Shown piece after piece: positions 50,610 through 63,903 of a stretch of DNA of 64,000 nucleotides; the stretch's first letter is position 1; each line of letters starts with the position of its first letter. Made by a program: the position numbers and the translations under genes. The DNA lies in contig CP070783.1 in assembly GCA_020346465.1 (NCBI GenBank), positions 1,666,614-1,730,613 on the forward strand, in the 5' to 3' direction. The notes under the pieces are model-generated. The model was given only the letters and a program-made list of their open reading frames with translations. It had not been told where the DNA came from and did not search any database. The stretch comes from Deltaproteobacteria bacterium. Lineage in GTDB: Bacteria > Desulfobacterota > Deferrimicrobia > Deferrimicrobiales > Deferrimicrobiaceae.

Positions 50610-53600
50610 TTATATGCTACCGCCCGCGGATAACCGGTTCAACAGGTTTTTGGCCGCCGCGAGCACGTCGGGGGGGGAGTTGCCGGGCAGGCGCATGGAA
50701 AGCATCTCCCCGCGCGCGAAGGAGAACGTGCGCCTCTCCTTCGTCACCAGTCGCACGAGGACCGAGCGGTCGATCCCCGAACGCCCGGAAAGGGCGAGGA
50801 AGAGCGCTCCGTTCCCACGCTTCATCTCCTTGACCCCCGCCTCCCGCATCTGCGCCCGCAGCCGCGTCAGATCGCACAGAGCCTCCGCGGGAGCGGGGAG
50901 GCGCCCGAAGCGGTCCAGCAGCTCCATCTCGAGCTCGTCGGCTTCCGGAACGGAGCGCGAAGTGGCGAGCTTCCGGTAGAAGTCCAGCCTCATCCCCGCC
51001 TCCGGGATGAAGTCGTCCGGGAGGAACGCCGGGATCCGGAGGTCGAGCTCGGGCTCCTCGTCCTCCCGGGGTTCCCGTCCGGAGATCTCCGCCACCGCCT
51101 CGGACAGCAGCTGCGTGTACAGCTCGTATCCGACCTGGTGGATGTGGCCGGACTGATCCTTGCCGAGCAGGTTCCCCCCGCCGCGGATCTCCAGATCGTG
51201 AGAGGCGATCCGGAATCCCGAACCAAGCTCCGTGAGCTCGGCGATCACCGCCAGGCGCTGCGTCGCCTCCTTCGTCATCGCCACCTCCCGGGGCAGAAGG
51301 AAATAGGCGTAGGCGCGATGGCGGTCGCGCCCCACCCGCCCGCGGAGCTGATAGAGCTGGGCAAGCCCGAAGCGGTGCGCCTCGCTGACGAGGATCGTGT
51401 TCGCGTTCGCGATGTCCAGCCCCGCCTCGATGATGGCGGTGCAGAGAAGAAGGTCGGCCCGACGGCCGGCGAAGTCGTCCATGGCGATCGCCAGCTCCTC
51501 CTCGTCCATCTGGCCGTGGCCCGCGACGATCCGGACGTGGGGGAGGATCTCCCGCAGGAAGCGCTCCATGGCCGGCAAGGTCTCCACCCGGTTGTGCACG
51601 AAGAAGACCTGCCCCCCGCGGCGGATCTCCCGGTCCACCGCCTCGCGGATGACGTCCCCGGAGAAGGGGAGGACAAACGTCCGGATCGAAAGCCGGTCCT
51701 CGGGAGGGGTCGCGATCACGCTGATATCCCGGATGCCCGACAGGGCCATGTGCAGAGTCCGGGGAATGGGTGTCGCCGTGAGGGTGAGGACATCCACCGA
51801 GGCGCGCATCCGCTTCATCTTCTCCTTGTGGGAGACGCCGAACCGCTGCTCCTCGTCGATGATGACGAGCCCCAGGTCCCGGAAGGCGATGTCCTTCTGC
51901 AGAAGCCGGTGGGTGCCGATCACGATGTCCACCTTCCCTTCGGCCAGATCCGCCACCACCTCGGCCTGCTCCTTCCGGGACCGGAAGCGCGAGAGGCTCT
52001 CCACGCGGACCGGGTACCCGCCAAGACGCTCCCGGAAGGTCCGGAAATGCTGTTCGGCGAGCACGGTCGTGGGGACGAGGACCGCCGTCTGCCGGCCGTC
52101 GAGCACCACCTTGAACGCCGCCCGGACCGCCACCTCCGTCTTCCCGTACCCCACGTCCCCGCAGACGAGCCGGTCCATCGGCTTCTCCGACGCCAGGTCC
52201 GCGAGCACCTCCTCGATCACCCTCTGCTGGTCGGGCGTCTCCTCGTGGGCGAACCCCGTCTCGAACTCCCGGTAGACGGCGTCCGGCGGGGAGTTCGGGG
52301 GGCGCGTGGCGATCTGCCTCCGCGCGTACAGCTCCACGAGTTCCTGCGCCATCGCCAGCAGGGAGTCCCGGACCTTTCTCTTGGCGCGCTGCCAGGCGGT
52401 GCCGCCCAGGCGCGCCAGCCCGGGGCGGGCTTCCTCGGAGGCGACGTAGCGCTGCACCCGCGCCATCTTCTCCACCGGCACGAAGAGCCGGTCCCCCCCG
52501 GCGTACTCCAGCACGAGGAAATCCCCTTCCACGCCCGCCGCGACGCGCCGCAGCAGCCCGCGGTAAACCCCGATGCCGTGGTCGACATGGACCGCGAGGT
52601 CGTTCACCCGCAGCTCGCGCAGCGAGAACTCCTCGAGCGGAGCGGACGTCTCCCTCCGGCGCTTCCGGACACGGGCCTTCTCCCCGAACACCTCCGCCTC
52701 GGTGACGACCGCCACCCCGAGCTCCGGCATCCGGAACCCCCTCGCCACGTCGGAGCGGCAAAGGGCGACGCCCTTGCCTCCCAGCACAAAATCCCGCAGC
52801 GATCCGGCGCGCGCGAACGGAAGGGGGTACCGGGACAGAAGCTCCTCCATCCGGTCGGCCTGCGAGGGGGAAAGCGACGTGATCGCGAAGCGGGCTCCCC
52901 GTTTCCACCACTCCTTCGCCTCGGTGACCAGCGGGAGAAGAAGCCCCTCGGAGGGGGAGGAGGCGGTCGTGCGGCGGATCTCCTCGTTCCCCTCGATGTC
53001 CATCTCCCCCCGGTGGGAGGGCTTCCGCCCGAACGGGGCGATCTCGAGGGAATCGAAGCAAAGGAGGGGGAACCCTGCGAGGGTGCGGGCCAGCTCCTCC
53101 GGTGGCACGAAGAGCTCGCCGGGGACGGGAAGGCCTTTCTCCTGACCCGCGAGGAGGAAATTCTCCTGCGCCTCGGCGAAAAGATTCCCCGCCGCGGCCA
53201 GGCACGCCGGGGAGTCCTCGGCGACGACCACGCTCCCCTCGCCGAGGTGACCGAAGACGGAGTCGGCGCGGCCGTAGAGGCGGGGAACCATCACATCGGC
53301 CCCGTGGTACCGGATCCCCTGCCGGAGGAGGTCGGAACCGGCCCCGGGGACCGCGGAGGTGGCCGCGAGGAGGAACTCCCCGCGGGTGATGACCTGGGAG
53401 CAGGGGATGACGGTCAGCTCCCCTCCCTCCGAGCCCGTCCGCTGGGTCTCCGGGTCGAACCAGCGGATCGACTCGACCCGGTCTTCGTCCAGCGAAATCC
53501 GGGCGGGACGGGGATGGGCGGGGCTGTACACGTCCACGATCCCCCCGCGCACGGAGAAATCCCCCGGATCGGAAGTGGCGGGCAGCCGCGCGTAGCCCAG

Positions 53601-54095
53601 CTCGGCGAGACGCCGCGCGAAGCCGTCCCTGTCGATCTCCTCTCCCGCCGCCAGCCGGAAGGTCGATGCGGCGAAGACCTCCGGCGGAATCGTCTTCTCC
53701 AGCGCCGCCCTGACCGGGCAGACGACCACGAGAGCGCCTCCGCCCGACGCTGCTTCGCGGACGCGGGAGAGGCGGAACAGGGACCGCATCCGGTCGTGGA
53801 CGGCCACCGGGTAGGGGGAGAGGGTTTCGTACGGTGCGACTTCCACGGAGGGGAAACGGAACGCCTGCCCCGGCCCGAGGTAGGTGGAGATCTCCCGGAA
53901 CATCTCCTCCGCCCCGGCGTCCGACGGGGACAGGACCAGGACCGGTCTCTCCAGCCTGCGGGCAAGCGAAGCGATCAGGAACGACCGGGCCCCGGGGGGC
54001 ACGTTCATCGCCTGGAGACAGGGGGCGTCCGACGCCTTCGCGAAGGCGCGGGCGATATGCTCGAACGACAGGGTCGGGACGGACCGAAGCATCAT
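50610..54095 (-). CDS. mfd: Transcription-repair coupling factor
   Basis: VRGGIVD, VHVDHGIG, MDRLVCGDVGYGKTEV, DEEQRFGV, QLRGRVGR, DLEIRGGGNLLG. Confidence 0.97.
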   Translation of the reverse strand: MMLRSVPTLSFEHIARAFAKASDAPCLQAMNVPPGARSFLIASLARRLERPVLVLSPSDAGAEEMFREISTYLGPGQAFRFPSVEVAPYETLSPYPVAVHDRMRSLFRLSRVREAASGGGALVVVCPVRAALEKTIPPEVFAASTFRLAAGEEIDRDGFARRLAELGYARLPATSDPGDFSVRGGIVDVYSPAHPRPARISLDEDRVESIRWFDPETQRTGSEGGELTVIPCSQVITRGEFLLAATSAVPGAGSDLLRQGIRYHGADVMVPRLYGRADSVFGHLGEGSVVVAEDSPACLAAAGNLFAEAQENFLLAGQEKGLPVPGELFVPPEELARTLAGFPLLCFDSLEIAPFGRKPSHRGEMDIEGNEEIRRTTASSPSEGLLLPLVTEAKEWWKRGARFAITSLSPSQADRMEELLSRYPLPFARAGSLRDFVLGGKGVALCRSDVARGFRMPELGVAVVTEAEVFGEKARVRKRRRETSAPLEEFSLRELRVNDLAVHVDHGIGVYRGLLRRVAAGVEGDFLVLEYAGGDRLFVPVEKMARVQRYVASEEARPGLARLGGTAWQRAKRKVRDSLLAMAQELVELYARRQIATRPPNSPPDAVYREFETGFAHEETPDQQRVIEEVLADLASEKPMDRLVCGDVGYGKTEVAVRAAFKVVLDGRQTAVLVPTTVLAEQHFRTFRERLGGYPVRVESLSRFRSRKEQAEVVADLAEGKVDIVIGTHRLLQKDIAFRDLGLVIIDEEQRFGVSHKEKMKRMRASVDVLTLTATPIPRTLHMALSGIRDISVIATPPEDRLSIRTFVLPFSGDVIREAVDREIRRGGQVFFVHNRVETLPAMERFLREILPHVRIVAGHGQMDEEELAIAMDDFAGRRADLLLCTAIIEAGLDIANANTILVSEAHRFGLAQLYQLRGRVGRDRHRAYAYFLLPREVAMTKEATQRLAVIAELTELGSGFRIASHDLEIRGGGNLLGKDQSGHIHQVGYELYTQLLSEAVAEISGREPREDEEPELDLRIPAFLPDDFIPEAGMRLDFYRKLATSRSVPEADELEMELLDRFGRLPAPAEALCDLTRLRAQMREAGVKEMKRGNGALFLALSGRSGIDRSVLVRLVTKERRTFSFARGEMLSMRLPGNSPPDVLAAAKNLLNRLSAGGSI

Positions 54096-54105
54096 GCCTT
54101 CCGCA

Positions 54106-55032
54106 TCAGGAGACGTCGCGCGGAACGCGGAGCATCGCTTCCAGGGCGGACAGCGCCTTCCGGCGGATGTCCGGGGGGACCGTCACGACGGGGGAAAGGG
54201 CGACGAGGGCGTCGCGGACGTCCTCGAGGGTCGTGATCTTCATGTTCGGGCAGATGAGCGCGCGGGAGGCAAGGTGAAAGATCTTGCCGGGGTTCTCCTT
54301 CCGGAGCCGGTAGAGGAGTCCCATTTCCGTGCCGACGAGGAACTCCTTCGCCCCGGACCGGCGGCAGTAGGAGACCATCCCCGAGGTGGAGAGGACGGCG
54401 TCCGCCATCTCCACTACCTCCGGCGGGCACTCCGGGTGGACCACGAGCACCGCACCGGGGTGGGCCTCGCGCGCGCGAACGGTGGCCTCGATGGTGAGCC
54501 GCTCGTGCGTGGGACAGTACCCGTCCCACCAGGTGAGCCTCCTGCCGGACGCCTTCTGGACGTAGTGCGCGAGATTCCGGTCCGGCACCATGTAGATCCC
54601 CTTGTCCTCGGGGACGGAGCGGACCACGTTGACCGCGTTGCCGGAGGTGCAGCAGACGTCGGAGAGCGCCTTGACCTCCGCGGACGAGTTGACGTAGGTG
54701 ACCACCACCGACTCCGGGTGAGAGGCCCGGTAGGCGCGCAGGTCGTCGGCCGTGATCATGTCGGCCATCGGGCATCCCGCTTCCAGCCGGGGCAAGAGGA
54801 CCGTCTTGTCGGGCGAGAGGATGGCGGCGCTCTCCGCCATGAAGTGCACGCCGCAGAAGACGATGACGTCCTCCTTGCACCGCGCCGCCTCCTGGCTCAG
54901 GCCCAGGGAGTCTCCCGTGATGTCGGCGATCTCCTGGATCTCGTCCCGCTGGTAGTTATGGGCGAGCATCACGGCGTTGCGCTCCCGGAGAAGCTCCCGG
55001 ATCTCCTGTTTCAGCCCGTCCTGCCTTGCCAT
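54106..55032 (-). CDS. nadA: Quinolinate synthase
   Basis: [45 protein letters not shown]. Confidence 0.96.
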   Translation of the reverse strand: MARQDGLKQEIRELLRERNAVMLAHNYQRDEIQEIADITGDSLGLSQEAARCKEDVIVFCGVHFMAESAAILSPDKTVLLPRLEAGCPMADMITADDLRAYRASHPESVVVTYVNSSAEVKALSDVCCTSGNAVNVVRSVPEDKGIYMVPDRNLAHYVQKASGRRLTWWDGYCPTHERLTIEATVRAREAHPGAVLVVHPECPPEVVEMADAVLSTSGMVSYCRRSGAKEFLVGTEMGLLYRLRKENPGKIFHLASRALICPNMKITTLEDVRDALVALSPVVTVPPDIRRKALSALEAMLRVPRDVS

Positions 55033-55035
55033 CCG

Positions 55036-56052
55036 TCAATCCCTCTCTCTCCGCAGGGCCCGCGAGAAGAGTTCGGTGACCGCGGTCCTGACGTTCTTGC
55101 CCTCATGCAAGATGAGATGCACCTGCTCGGAGATCGGCATCGCCACTTCCGTTCGCCGGGAGAGATCGACCGCCGCGCTCGCGGTCCTCACCCCCTCCGC
55201 GACCATCCGCATGCCCGCGAGGATGTCGGTGATCCTCTCCCCTTTTCCGACCCGCACGCCCACCATCCGGTTCCGCGAGAGATCCCCCGTGCAGGTGAGC
55301 ACGAGGTCTCCCAGCCCGGAGAGTCCGAAGAACGTCTGCGGGTCCGCGCCGAGGCGGTTCCCGACGCGGGAGATCTCGGCCAGGCCGCGGGTGATCAGGA
55401 GGGCCCGGGCATTGTGCCCGAAGCCGAGGCCGTCGGACATCCCCGCCGCGATCGCCATCACGTTTTTGAGCGCCGCCCCGATCTCGATGCCGGTCACGTC
55501 CGTGGCCGCGTATACGCGGAACCGCTGCCCGGAGAACGTCGCCTGGAGGGCCGTCGCGACCGTCAGGTCCTGCGACGCCACGGTCGCTCCGGAGGGGATC
55601 CCCGCCGCGACCTCCCTCGCGAACGTCGGCCCGGACAGGACGGCAAGCCGTGCCCGGGCCACCGGAAGGACCTGCGCCAGGACCTCCGTCATCCGGAGAA
55701 GCGTTCCGCTCTCCAGACCCTTCGCCAGGGAGACGACGATTGCCCCCGGATCGAGATGCGGGGCGCACTGTTCCCCCACGTCGCGCATGTGCTGCGAGGG
55801 AACCGCAAGGGCGACGATCCGCCTCCCGGCAAGGGCCGCCCCCAGCTTCGTCGTCGGACGGACCGCCTCCGGCAGCTGCACGCCGGGGAGGAACGCCCGG
55901 TTCTCCCGGTTCGAAAGGATTCCCGCGCAGACCTCCGGCTCGCGCACCCAGAGGGCGATGTCCTCGTGCCGCTCCGCCAGCATCGCGGCGAACGCCGTCC
56001 CCCACGACCCGCCTCCGACCACCGCGATCCGCTCTCCGCTTTCCGCCGTCAT
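55036..56052 (-). CDS. gpsA: NAD(P)H-dependent glycerol-3-phosphate dehydrogenase
   Basis: GGGSWGTA, SGPTFA.E, ALKNVMAIAAG, GLGDLVLTC..SRN. Confidence 0.96.
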   Translation of the reverse strand: MTAESGERIAVVGGGSWGTAFAAMLAERHEDIALWVREPEVCAGILSNRENRAFLPGVQLPEAVRPTTKLGAALAGRRIVALAVPSQHMRDVGEQCAPHLDPGAIVVSLAKGLESGTLLRMTEVLAQVLPVARARLAVLSGPTFAREVAAGIPSGATVASQDLTVATALQATFSGQRFRVYAATDVTGIEIGAALKNVMAIAAGMSDGLGFGHNARALLITRGLAEISRVGNRLGADPQTFFGLSGLGDLVLTCTGDLSRNRMVGVRVGKGERITDILAGMRMVAEGVRTASAAVDLSRRTEVAMPISEQVHLILHEGKNVRTAVTELFSRALRRERD

Positions 56053-56092
56053 TCGCCTTGTCCTCCGGAGGTCTCCCCTGCGGCAGGGACGT

Positions 56093-56929
56093 TCACTCCG
56101 CGTTCAGCCGTTTTCTGATGCGCTCCACCTTCTGGGCGATGTAGTCGGGGTCTTCCCAATCCTCCCGGATCGCCTCGTACTGGGCAAGCGCCGCCCCGAG
56201 GTTCCCCTCCCCTTCCATCGCCTGCGCCATCCCCCAGCGCGCCCGCGCGGCATCTCTCCGGTCGGAGACCAGATAAAGGATCTTCCGAAATTCCCGGTCC
56301 GCCTCCGCGTACCGCGCCTGCGCGAGGAGCTGATAGGCGTTCATCCATCGCGCCTCCATCGCCCGCGGGGAATCCGGGTACCTCTCGATCAGGTCGGAAA
56401 GGACCCTCGCCTGTCTCGCCGGGTCGGGCAGGCCCCCGTATGCCTTCGCCAGCAGAAACATCACCCGGTCCTCCTCCGCGAATCCGGGAACCTTCTTCCG
56501 GATCAGCTCGAGGTCCGCCACCGCGGAGGCGTAGTCGAAAAACTGGAACAGCCTGATCTCCGCCCTCCGCACGAGCGCGTGCGGGGCCTCCGGGGACCGG
56601 GGGTAGTTGAACAGGAGCGAGCCGTACGCCTCCACGGCGGCCTCGGCATTCCGGTAGTACGAGCCGAAAAGATCCCCCTGCCGAAGGAGAGCGGCGGGCG
56701 CATACCGGGACTGGGGATAATCGATCGGGATCGACCGGTAGTCGGCCAGGGCGGCGTCCATCCTCTTTTCGAGGAACGCCTTCTGCCCCCGTTCAAACCG
56801 CTCCCGCGCGGGGTCCGCGCAGGACGGCAGGGAACCGGCCGCGAACGCGAGCAGCAGGAGGGCGCAGGCCGAAAGGGACGCCGGGCGTCTCGTGTCCCGG
56901 GGACGGGGGGAGGCCGCAGGGTGCCTCAT
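56093..56929 (-). CDS. Tetratricopeptide-repeat lipoprotein (BamD/CpoB-like)
   Basis: Signal with LPSC lipobox; repeated Y..L...YP.S...A TPR units. Confidence 0.75.
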   Translation of the reverse strand: MRHPAASPRPRDTRRPASLSACALLLLAFAAGSLPSCADPARERFERGQKAFLEKRMDAALADYRSIPIDYPQSRYAPAALLRQGDLFGSYYRNAEAAVEAYGSLLFNYPRSPEAPHALVRRAEIRLFQFFDYASAVADLELIRKKVPGFAEEDRVMFLLAKAYGGLPDPARQARVLSDLIERYPDSPRAMEARWMNAYQLLAQARYAEADREFRKILYLVSDRRDAARARWGMAQAMEGEGNLGAALAQYEAIREDWEDPDYIAQKVERIRKRLNAE

Positions 56930-56940
56930 GCCGCCGCCGC

Positions 56941-59373
56941 CTATTCTTCCTTCTCCGCCAGCCGGGCGAGGGATGCGACGTGCTCGTTCTCCTCCATGCC
57001 GATCAGGCGCACCCCCTGGGTGTTCCGGCCGCTGATGCGGATCTCCGCGACGGGCATCCGGATGATCTTGCCGCCGTCGGTGACCAGCATCACGTCGTCC
57101 TCCTCGGAGACCTGCGCCACCCCGAGGACGGCCCCGGTCTTCCCGGTCACCTTCAGGGTGATGACGCCCTTCCCGCCCCGGGACTGAATGCGGTATTCCT
57201 CCACGGCGGAGCGCTTCCCGAATCCGTTCTCCGTGACGGTCAGCATGGTCCCCCGGGGCCGAAGGATCTCCATCCCCACGACTTCGTCCCCCTCCTCCAG
57301 CGCGATCCCCCGCACTCCCACCGCGGTGCGCCCCATCGGGCGGACGTCGCTCTCCCGGAAGCGGATCGACATCCCCTGTTTCGTCAGGAGGAAGATGGCG
57401 TCCTCGCCCGCCGTGATCTCGGTGGCGATCAGGGAATCGCCGTCGTTCAGCCCCAGTGCGATGATCCCGCCGGCCCTTGGCCGGGAAAACTCCATGAGGT
57501 CGGTCTTCTTCACCGTCCCCTGGGCGGTCGCCATGACGACGTATTCCCCTTCCGTGAACTGCCGGACGGGAAGGATCGCGGAGATCCCCTCCCCCGGGGA
57601 GAGGTTCAGGAGGTTCACGATCGCCTTCCCCTTCGCCGCCCGTCCCGCCTCGGGGATTTCGTGGACCTTGAGCCAGTGCACTCTCCCCGTGTTCGTGAAG
57701 AACATGATGTAGGTGTGCATGGTGGCGACGAACAGCAGGGAGACGAAATCCTCCTCCTTCGTCCCCATTCCTACTTTCCCCCGCCCTCCCCGTCGTTGCG
57801 TGCGGTAGAGGCTGATCGGGTTTCTCTTGATGTACCCCGAGTGGGAGACCGTGACCACCATCTCCTCGTCCACGATCAGGTCCTCGATCTCGAGAGCCCG
57901 CACCTCGTGGACGATCTGGGAGCGCCGCTCGTCCGCGTACGCCTCCCGGATCTCCCGGAACTCCTCCGCGATCACCCTGAGGAGCTCCGTCTCCTCCGCC
58001 AGGATCTTCCTCAGCCGCGCAATCTCCTTCTGCACCTCCTTCAGCTCCTCGAGGATCTTCTCCCGCTCGAGTCCGGTCAGGCGCTGCAACCGCATGTCGA
58101 GGATCGCCTGGGCCTGGATCTCGGAGAGGGCGAATTTCCTCACCAGCCCTTCCTTTGCCTCCTTCGGGTCCTTCGATGCCCGGATCAGCTTGATCACCGC
58201 GTCCAGATTCGACAGGGCGATCTTCAGGCCCTCCAGGATGTGGGCCCGGCTTTCCGCCTTCCGGAGGAGGAAGAGGGAGCGCCTGGTGACCACCTCCCTC
58301 CGGTAGGCGAGGAATTCCTCGAGCGTCTGCTTGAGCGTGAGCGTCCTGGGCTGGTTCTGCACGATCGCCAGAAGCTGCACCCCGAAGGAGACCTGCATCT
58401 GGGTCAGCTTGTAGAGGTTGTTCAGGACCACCTCGGCAACGGCGTCCTTCTTCAGTTCGATCACCACCCGCGTCCCGTCGCGGTCGGACTCGTCCCGCAG
58501 GTCGGAGATCTCCTCGATCTGCCGGTCCCGGGCCAGCTCCGCAATCCGCTCGAGGAGGCGGGCCTTGTTCACCTGGTAGGGGATCTCGGTGACCACGATC
58601 GACTCCCGGTCCCCTTTCTTCGTCTTCTCGACGAAGGCCCGGGCGCGGATCTGGACGTTCCCCTTCCCCGTCCGGTACGCCTCCCGGACCCCCTCGAGCC
58701 CGTAGAGGATGCCGCCCGTGGGAAAGTCGGGGGCCGGGACGAACTGCATCAGCTCCTCGACCGTGAGGTCGGGGTTTTCGACCAGGGCGAGCAGAGCGTC
58801 GACCACCTCCCCCATGTTGTGGGGGGGAATCGAGGTGGCCATCCCGACGGCGATGCCGGAACTGCCGTTGACCAGGAGCGCGGGGATCCGTGCCGGAAGG
58901 ACCCGCGGCTCGGTAAGGGACCCGTCGTAGTTCGGCACCGTCTCCACCGTCTCCTTGTCGAGATCGGAGAGGAGTTCGGAGGCGATCTGCGCGAGGCGCA
59001 CCTCGGTGTACCGCATCGCGGCGGCGGAGTCGCCGTCCATCGAGCCGAAGTTCCCCTGCCCGTCGACCAGGGGGTAGCGAAGGGAAAACTCCTGGACCAT
59101 CCGCACGAGGGCATCGTAGACCGCCGTGTCACCGTGGGGATGGTACTTCCCGATCACGTCCCCCACGATGCGGGCCGATTTCTTGTACGGTTTCCCGTAC
59201 TCGTTGCCCAGTTCGTGCATCGCGTAGAGGATGCGGCGCTGGACGGGCTTGAGCCCGTCCCGCACGTCGGGAAGGGCACGGCCGATGATCACGCTCATCG
59301 CGTAATCGAGGTAGCTCTGGCGCATCTCGTCCTGGACGGTGCGCGCCACGGCCTGTTTGGCGAATAGGTCCAT
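56941..59373 (-). CDS. gyrA: DNA gyrase subunit A
   Basis: [30 protein letters not shown], GyrA-box QRRGGRG. Confidence 0.97.
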   Translation of the reverse strand: MDLFAKQAVARTVQDEMRQSYLDYAMSVIIGRALPDVRDGLKPVQRRILYAMHELGNEYGKPYKKSARIVGDVIGKYHPHGDTAVYDALVRMVQEFSLRYPLVDGQGNFGSMDGDSAAAMRYTEVRLAQIASELLSDLDKETVETVPNYDGSLTEPRVLPARIPALLVNGSSGIAVGMATSIPPHNMGEVVDALLALVENPDLTVEELMQFVPAPDFPTGGILYGLEGVREAYRTGKGNVQIRARAFVEKTKKGDRESIVVTEIPYQVNKARLLERIAELARDRQIEEISDLRDESDRDGTRVVIELKKDAVAEVVLNNLYKLTQMQVSFGVQLLAIVQNQPRTLTLKQTLEEFLAYRREVVTRRSLFLLRKAESRAHILEGLKIALSNLDAVIKLIRASKDPKEAKEGLVRKFALSEIQAQAILDMRLQRLTGLEREKILEELKEVQKEIARLRKILAEETELLRVIAEEFREIREAYADERRSQIVHEVRALEIEDLIVDEEMVVTVSHSGYIKRNPISLYRTQRRGGRGKVGMGTKEEDFVSLLFVATMHTYIMFFTNTGRVHWLKVHEIPEAGRAAKGKAIVNLLNLSPGEGISAILPVRQFTEGEYVVMATAQGTVKKTDLMEFSRPRAGGIIALGLNDGDSLIATEITAGEDAIFLLTKQGMSIRFRESDVRPMGRTAVGVRGIALEEGDEVVGMEILRPRGTMLTVTENGFGKRSAVEEYRIQSRGGKGVITLKVTGKTGAVLGVAQVSEEDDVMLVTDGGKIIRMPVAEIRISGRNTQGVRLIGMEENEHVASLARLAEKEE

Positions 59374-59441
59374 CTCGCTCCTAGTGCTCCCGCCGGGATC
59401 GGGGCTTCGTGCGATCCGTTCCGGGGTGAATTAAATGTGCA

Positions 59442-59450
59442 ATTCTATCA
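59442..59450 (-). promoter_or_regulatory. Candidate extended -10 promoter for gyrA
   Basis: TGATAGAAT (TGn + TAGAAT) ~70 nt upstream of gyrA in an AT-rich patch. Confidence 0.5.
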
Positions 59451-59493
59451 TGGAACGGGACCCGGATCGTCCCGTGTGATCTGCGGGGAACCC

Positions 59494-59937
59494 TCAGCTG
59501 GGCCTGCCCCCGGGCTGCGCGCCGCGCCAGCCGTCCATGATCCGTTCACATTCCTCCTCCAGGCCCGGATCGGCGCAAAGGACGATGCCCAGGCCGTTCC
59601 AGGCGCTCGAGTGCTCCTTGCAGGCGCCGAGCAGCCGAAGGGTGTCCTCCTTCGCAACCGGCTCCTCCCTGAGGAGGGATCGAACGACCGGGACCGCGGC
59701 CAGGATCACGGGGGTCGGCCTTTCCCGCTCCATGATCTCGAGAAGGCGGAGGTTGACCTCGAGGCTGGCATGGGACGCCCCCGTGGCAAGCTCGTATCCG
59801 ACCATCAGGGCCGCGTTGTCGGAAATGGAGCATCCCAGGCGGGTCACCTCTTCGTACTCCGCGTCGGTGTTGAAGAGGAACCCGGCGTCGACGGCCTGGA
59901 TGAACTCGGCCTCCTCCATCTGGGGATGGAACTCCAT
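59494..59937 (-). CDS. Hypothetical acidic protein, 147 aa, between gyrB and gyrA
   Basis: GGAGG RBS, ATG 59937, MEFHPQMEEAEFIQAVDAGFLF...; no family recognised. Confidence 0.75.
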   Translation of the reverse strand: MEFHPQMEEAEFIQAVDAGFLFNTDAEYEEVTRLGCSISDNAALMVGYELATGASHASLEVNLRLLEIMERERPTPVILAAVPVVRSLLREEPVAKEDTLRLLGACKEHSSAWNGLGIVLCADPGLEEECERIMDGWRGAQPGGRPS

Positions 59938-60040
59938 GTTCGCTTTCCTCCTTGGTCTGTTTGGGCAATGGGCACGCGGGTCAGGCGACGCGAGTCGCGG
60001 CAACACGGGCTCTCGTTACGGCCGATGCAAGAACATCCCC

Positions 60041-62521
<2,481 letters not shown>

Positions 62522-62572
62522 TTAATCGATTTATTATACTACGGAACGGTTCTTGTGGGGGAAATCTCTTCG

Positions 62573-63718
62573 CTACAGGATCCTCATCGGCATGATGATG
62601 GCCAGGTAGTTCTTCTCGGTCGCCGGCCTCACGATCACCTGGGACACCTCGTCCTTCAGCTCCATGCGGACCGTGTCCTCGGAGATCCCGGAAAGGGCGT
62701 CCTGGAGGTACCGTCCGTTGAACCCGACCTTGACCGGCGCCCCCTCGAACTCGATCGGCAGCAGATCGCGCGCTTCGCCCAGGTCCGGGCTGGTGGTGGA
62801 CACTTCCAGCTGCTTCCCCGAAAACGAGAGCCTGACGCTGTGCACCTTCTCCGGCGCCATGACGCTGACCCGCTTCAGGACGTCGAGGAACGGCACCCGC
62901 GGGACGGTCGCCACGATCCGGTTCTCCCTGGGGACGACCTGCCGGTAATCCGGGAACTCCGCGTCGAGAAGCCGCACCCAAACCTCCGTGTCCCCCTTTC
63001 CGGCGAACAGGAACTTCTCCGTGGCGGACAACTCCAGGGAGCCCGGCCCCCCGTCGGACAGCTTCCGGATTTCGATCAGCCCCTTTCTCGGGACGAGCAC
63101 CCTCCTTTCGCCCAGCAGACCCCCGAGATCCGGAACCTCTCCGTCCGCGATCGCGAGCCGGTGTCCGTCCGTGGCCACCATGCGGAGCAGCGACGTTTCC
63201 TCCTCCTGTTTCTCCAGAAGGACTCCGGACAGGTTGTATCTCGTCTCGTCGCCCGTGGCAAAGGGACTGACACGGTCCACGAGCTTGCGGAACGTTTCCG
63301 CATCGACGGCGACGGGTTTTCCCTTCGGCCTCTCCGGCATCTCGGGAAACTCTCCGCTTCCCAGACCCGCGAGACGAAAGTGCCCGCGTCCCGCCGAGAT
63401 CTCCACGTAATTCCCCTCGCGCCCCGCCACCGTCACCGCCCCTTTGGGGAGGACCTTCGCGATGTCGAACAGCTTCCGCGCCGGGAGGGCGACGGAACCG
63501 GGCTCGACCACGTCCACCGGCTGGGAGCATCGGATGACGATCTCGAGATCGGAGGCCACGAGCGTGAGTCCCGGATTTCCCGTCGGCCCCGCCTTGGGAC
63601 CCACGGTGAGAAGGGTGTGCGACAGGATCGGCATGGTATGCCGCCTCTCCGCCACTCCCTGGATGCGGGCAAGGATTTCCTCGAACGGGTCACGATCCAC
63701 GGTAAAGTTCATCGTCAT
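62573..63718 (-). CDS. dnaN: DNA polymerase III beta clamp
   Basis: RRHTMPILSH, ASDLEI, VATDGHRL, FPDYRQVVP, GFNGRYL, IIMPMR. Confidence 0.96.
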   Translation of the reverse strand: MTMNFTVDRDPFEEILARIQGVAERRHTMPILSHTLLTVGPKAGPTGNPGLTLVASDLEIVIRCSQPVDVVEPGSVALPARKLFDIAKVLPKGAVTVAGREGNYVEISAGRGHFRLAGLGSGEFPEMPERPKGKPVAVDAETFRKLVDRVSPFATGDETRYNLSGVLLEKQEEETSLLRMVATDGHRLAIADGEVPDLGGLLGERRVLVPRKGLIEIRKLSDGGPGSLELSATEKFLFAGKGDTEVWVRLLDAEFPDYRQVVPRENRIVATVPRVPFLDVLKRVSVMAPEKVHSVRLSFSGKQLEVSTTSPDLGEARDLLPIEFEGAPVKVGFNGRYLQDALSGISEDTVRMELKDEVSQVIVRPATEKNYLAIIMPMRIL

Positions 63719-63730
63719 CCTCTTCTTCTG

Positions 63731-63788
63731 TTATTCATTATATTCATAAAGATCGTAGTTGCAGTAGGGGTTGTGGGTTTGTGGATAA
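63731..63788. other. oriC unwinding module (tandem DnaA boxes, DnaA-trios, AT-rich tract)
   Basis: Minus strand reads TTATCCACA/AAACCCACA-ACCC-CTACTGCAACTAC-GATCTTTATGAATATAATGAATAA between dnaA and dnaN. Confidence 0.85.
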
Positions 63789-63903
63789 CACCCGGAAGTC
63801 CGCCCTCCCCTTCCGGAAAGCGGGAGAACAACATGCGCACAATCCGTGCGGCGCCGCACAGGGGTCCTTGGGAACACAAACCATCCGCAATCCCCTCACA
63901 GGG

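Noticed and set aside
59940-60040. Possible integron attC site next to the orphan gene
   Set aside because: No convincing RYYYAAC/GTTRRRY ends or L boxes
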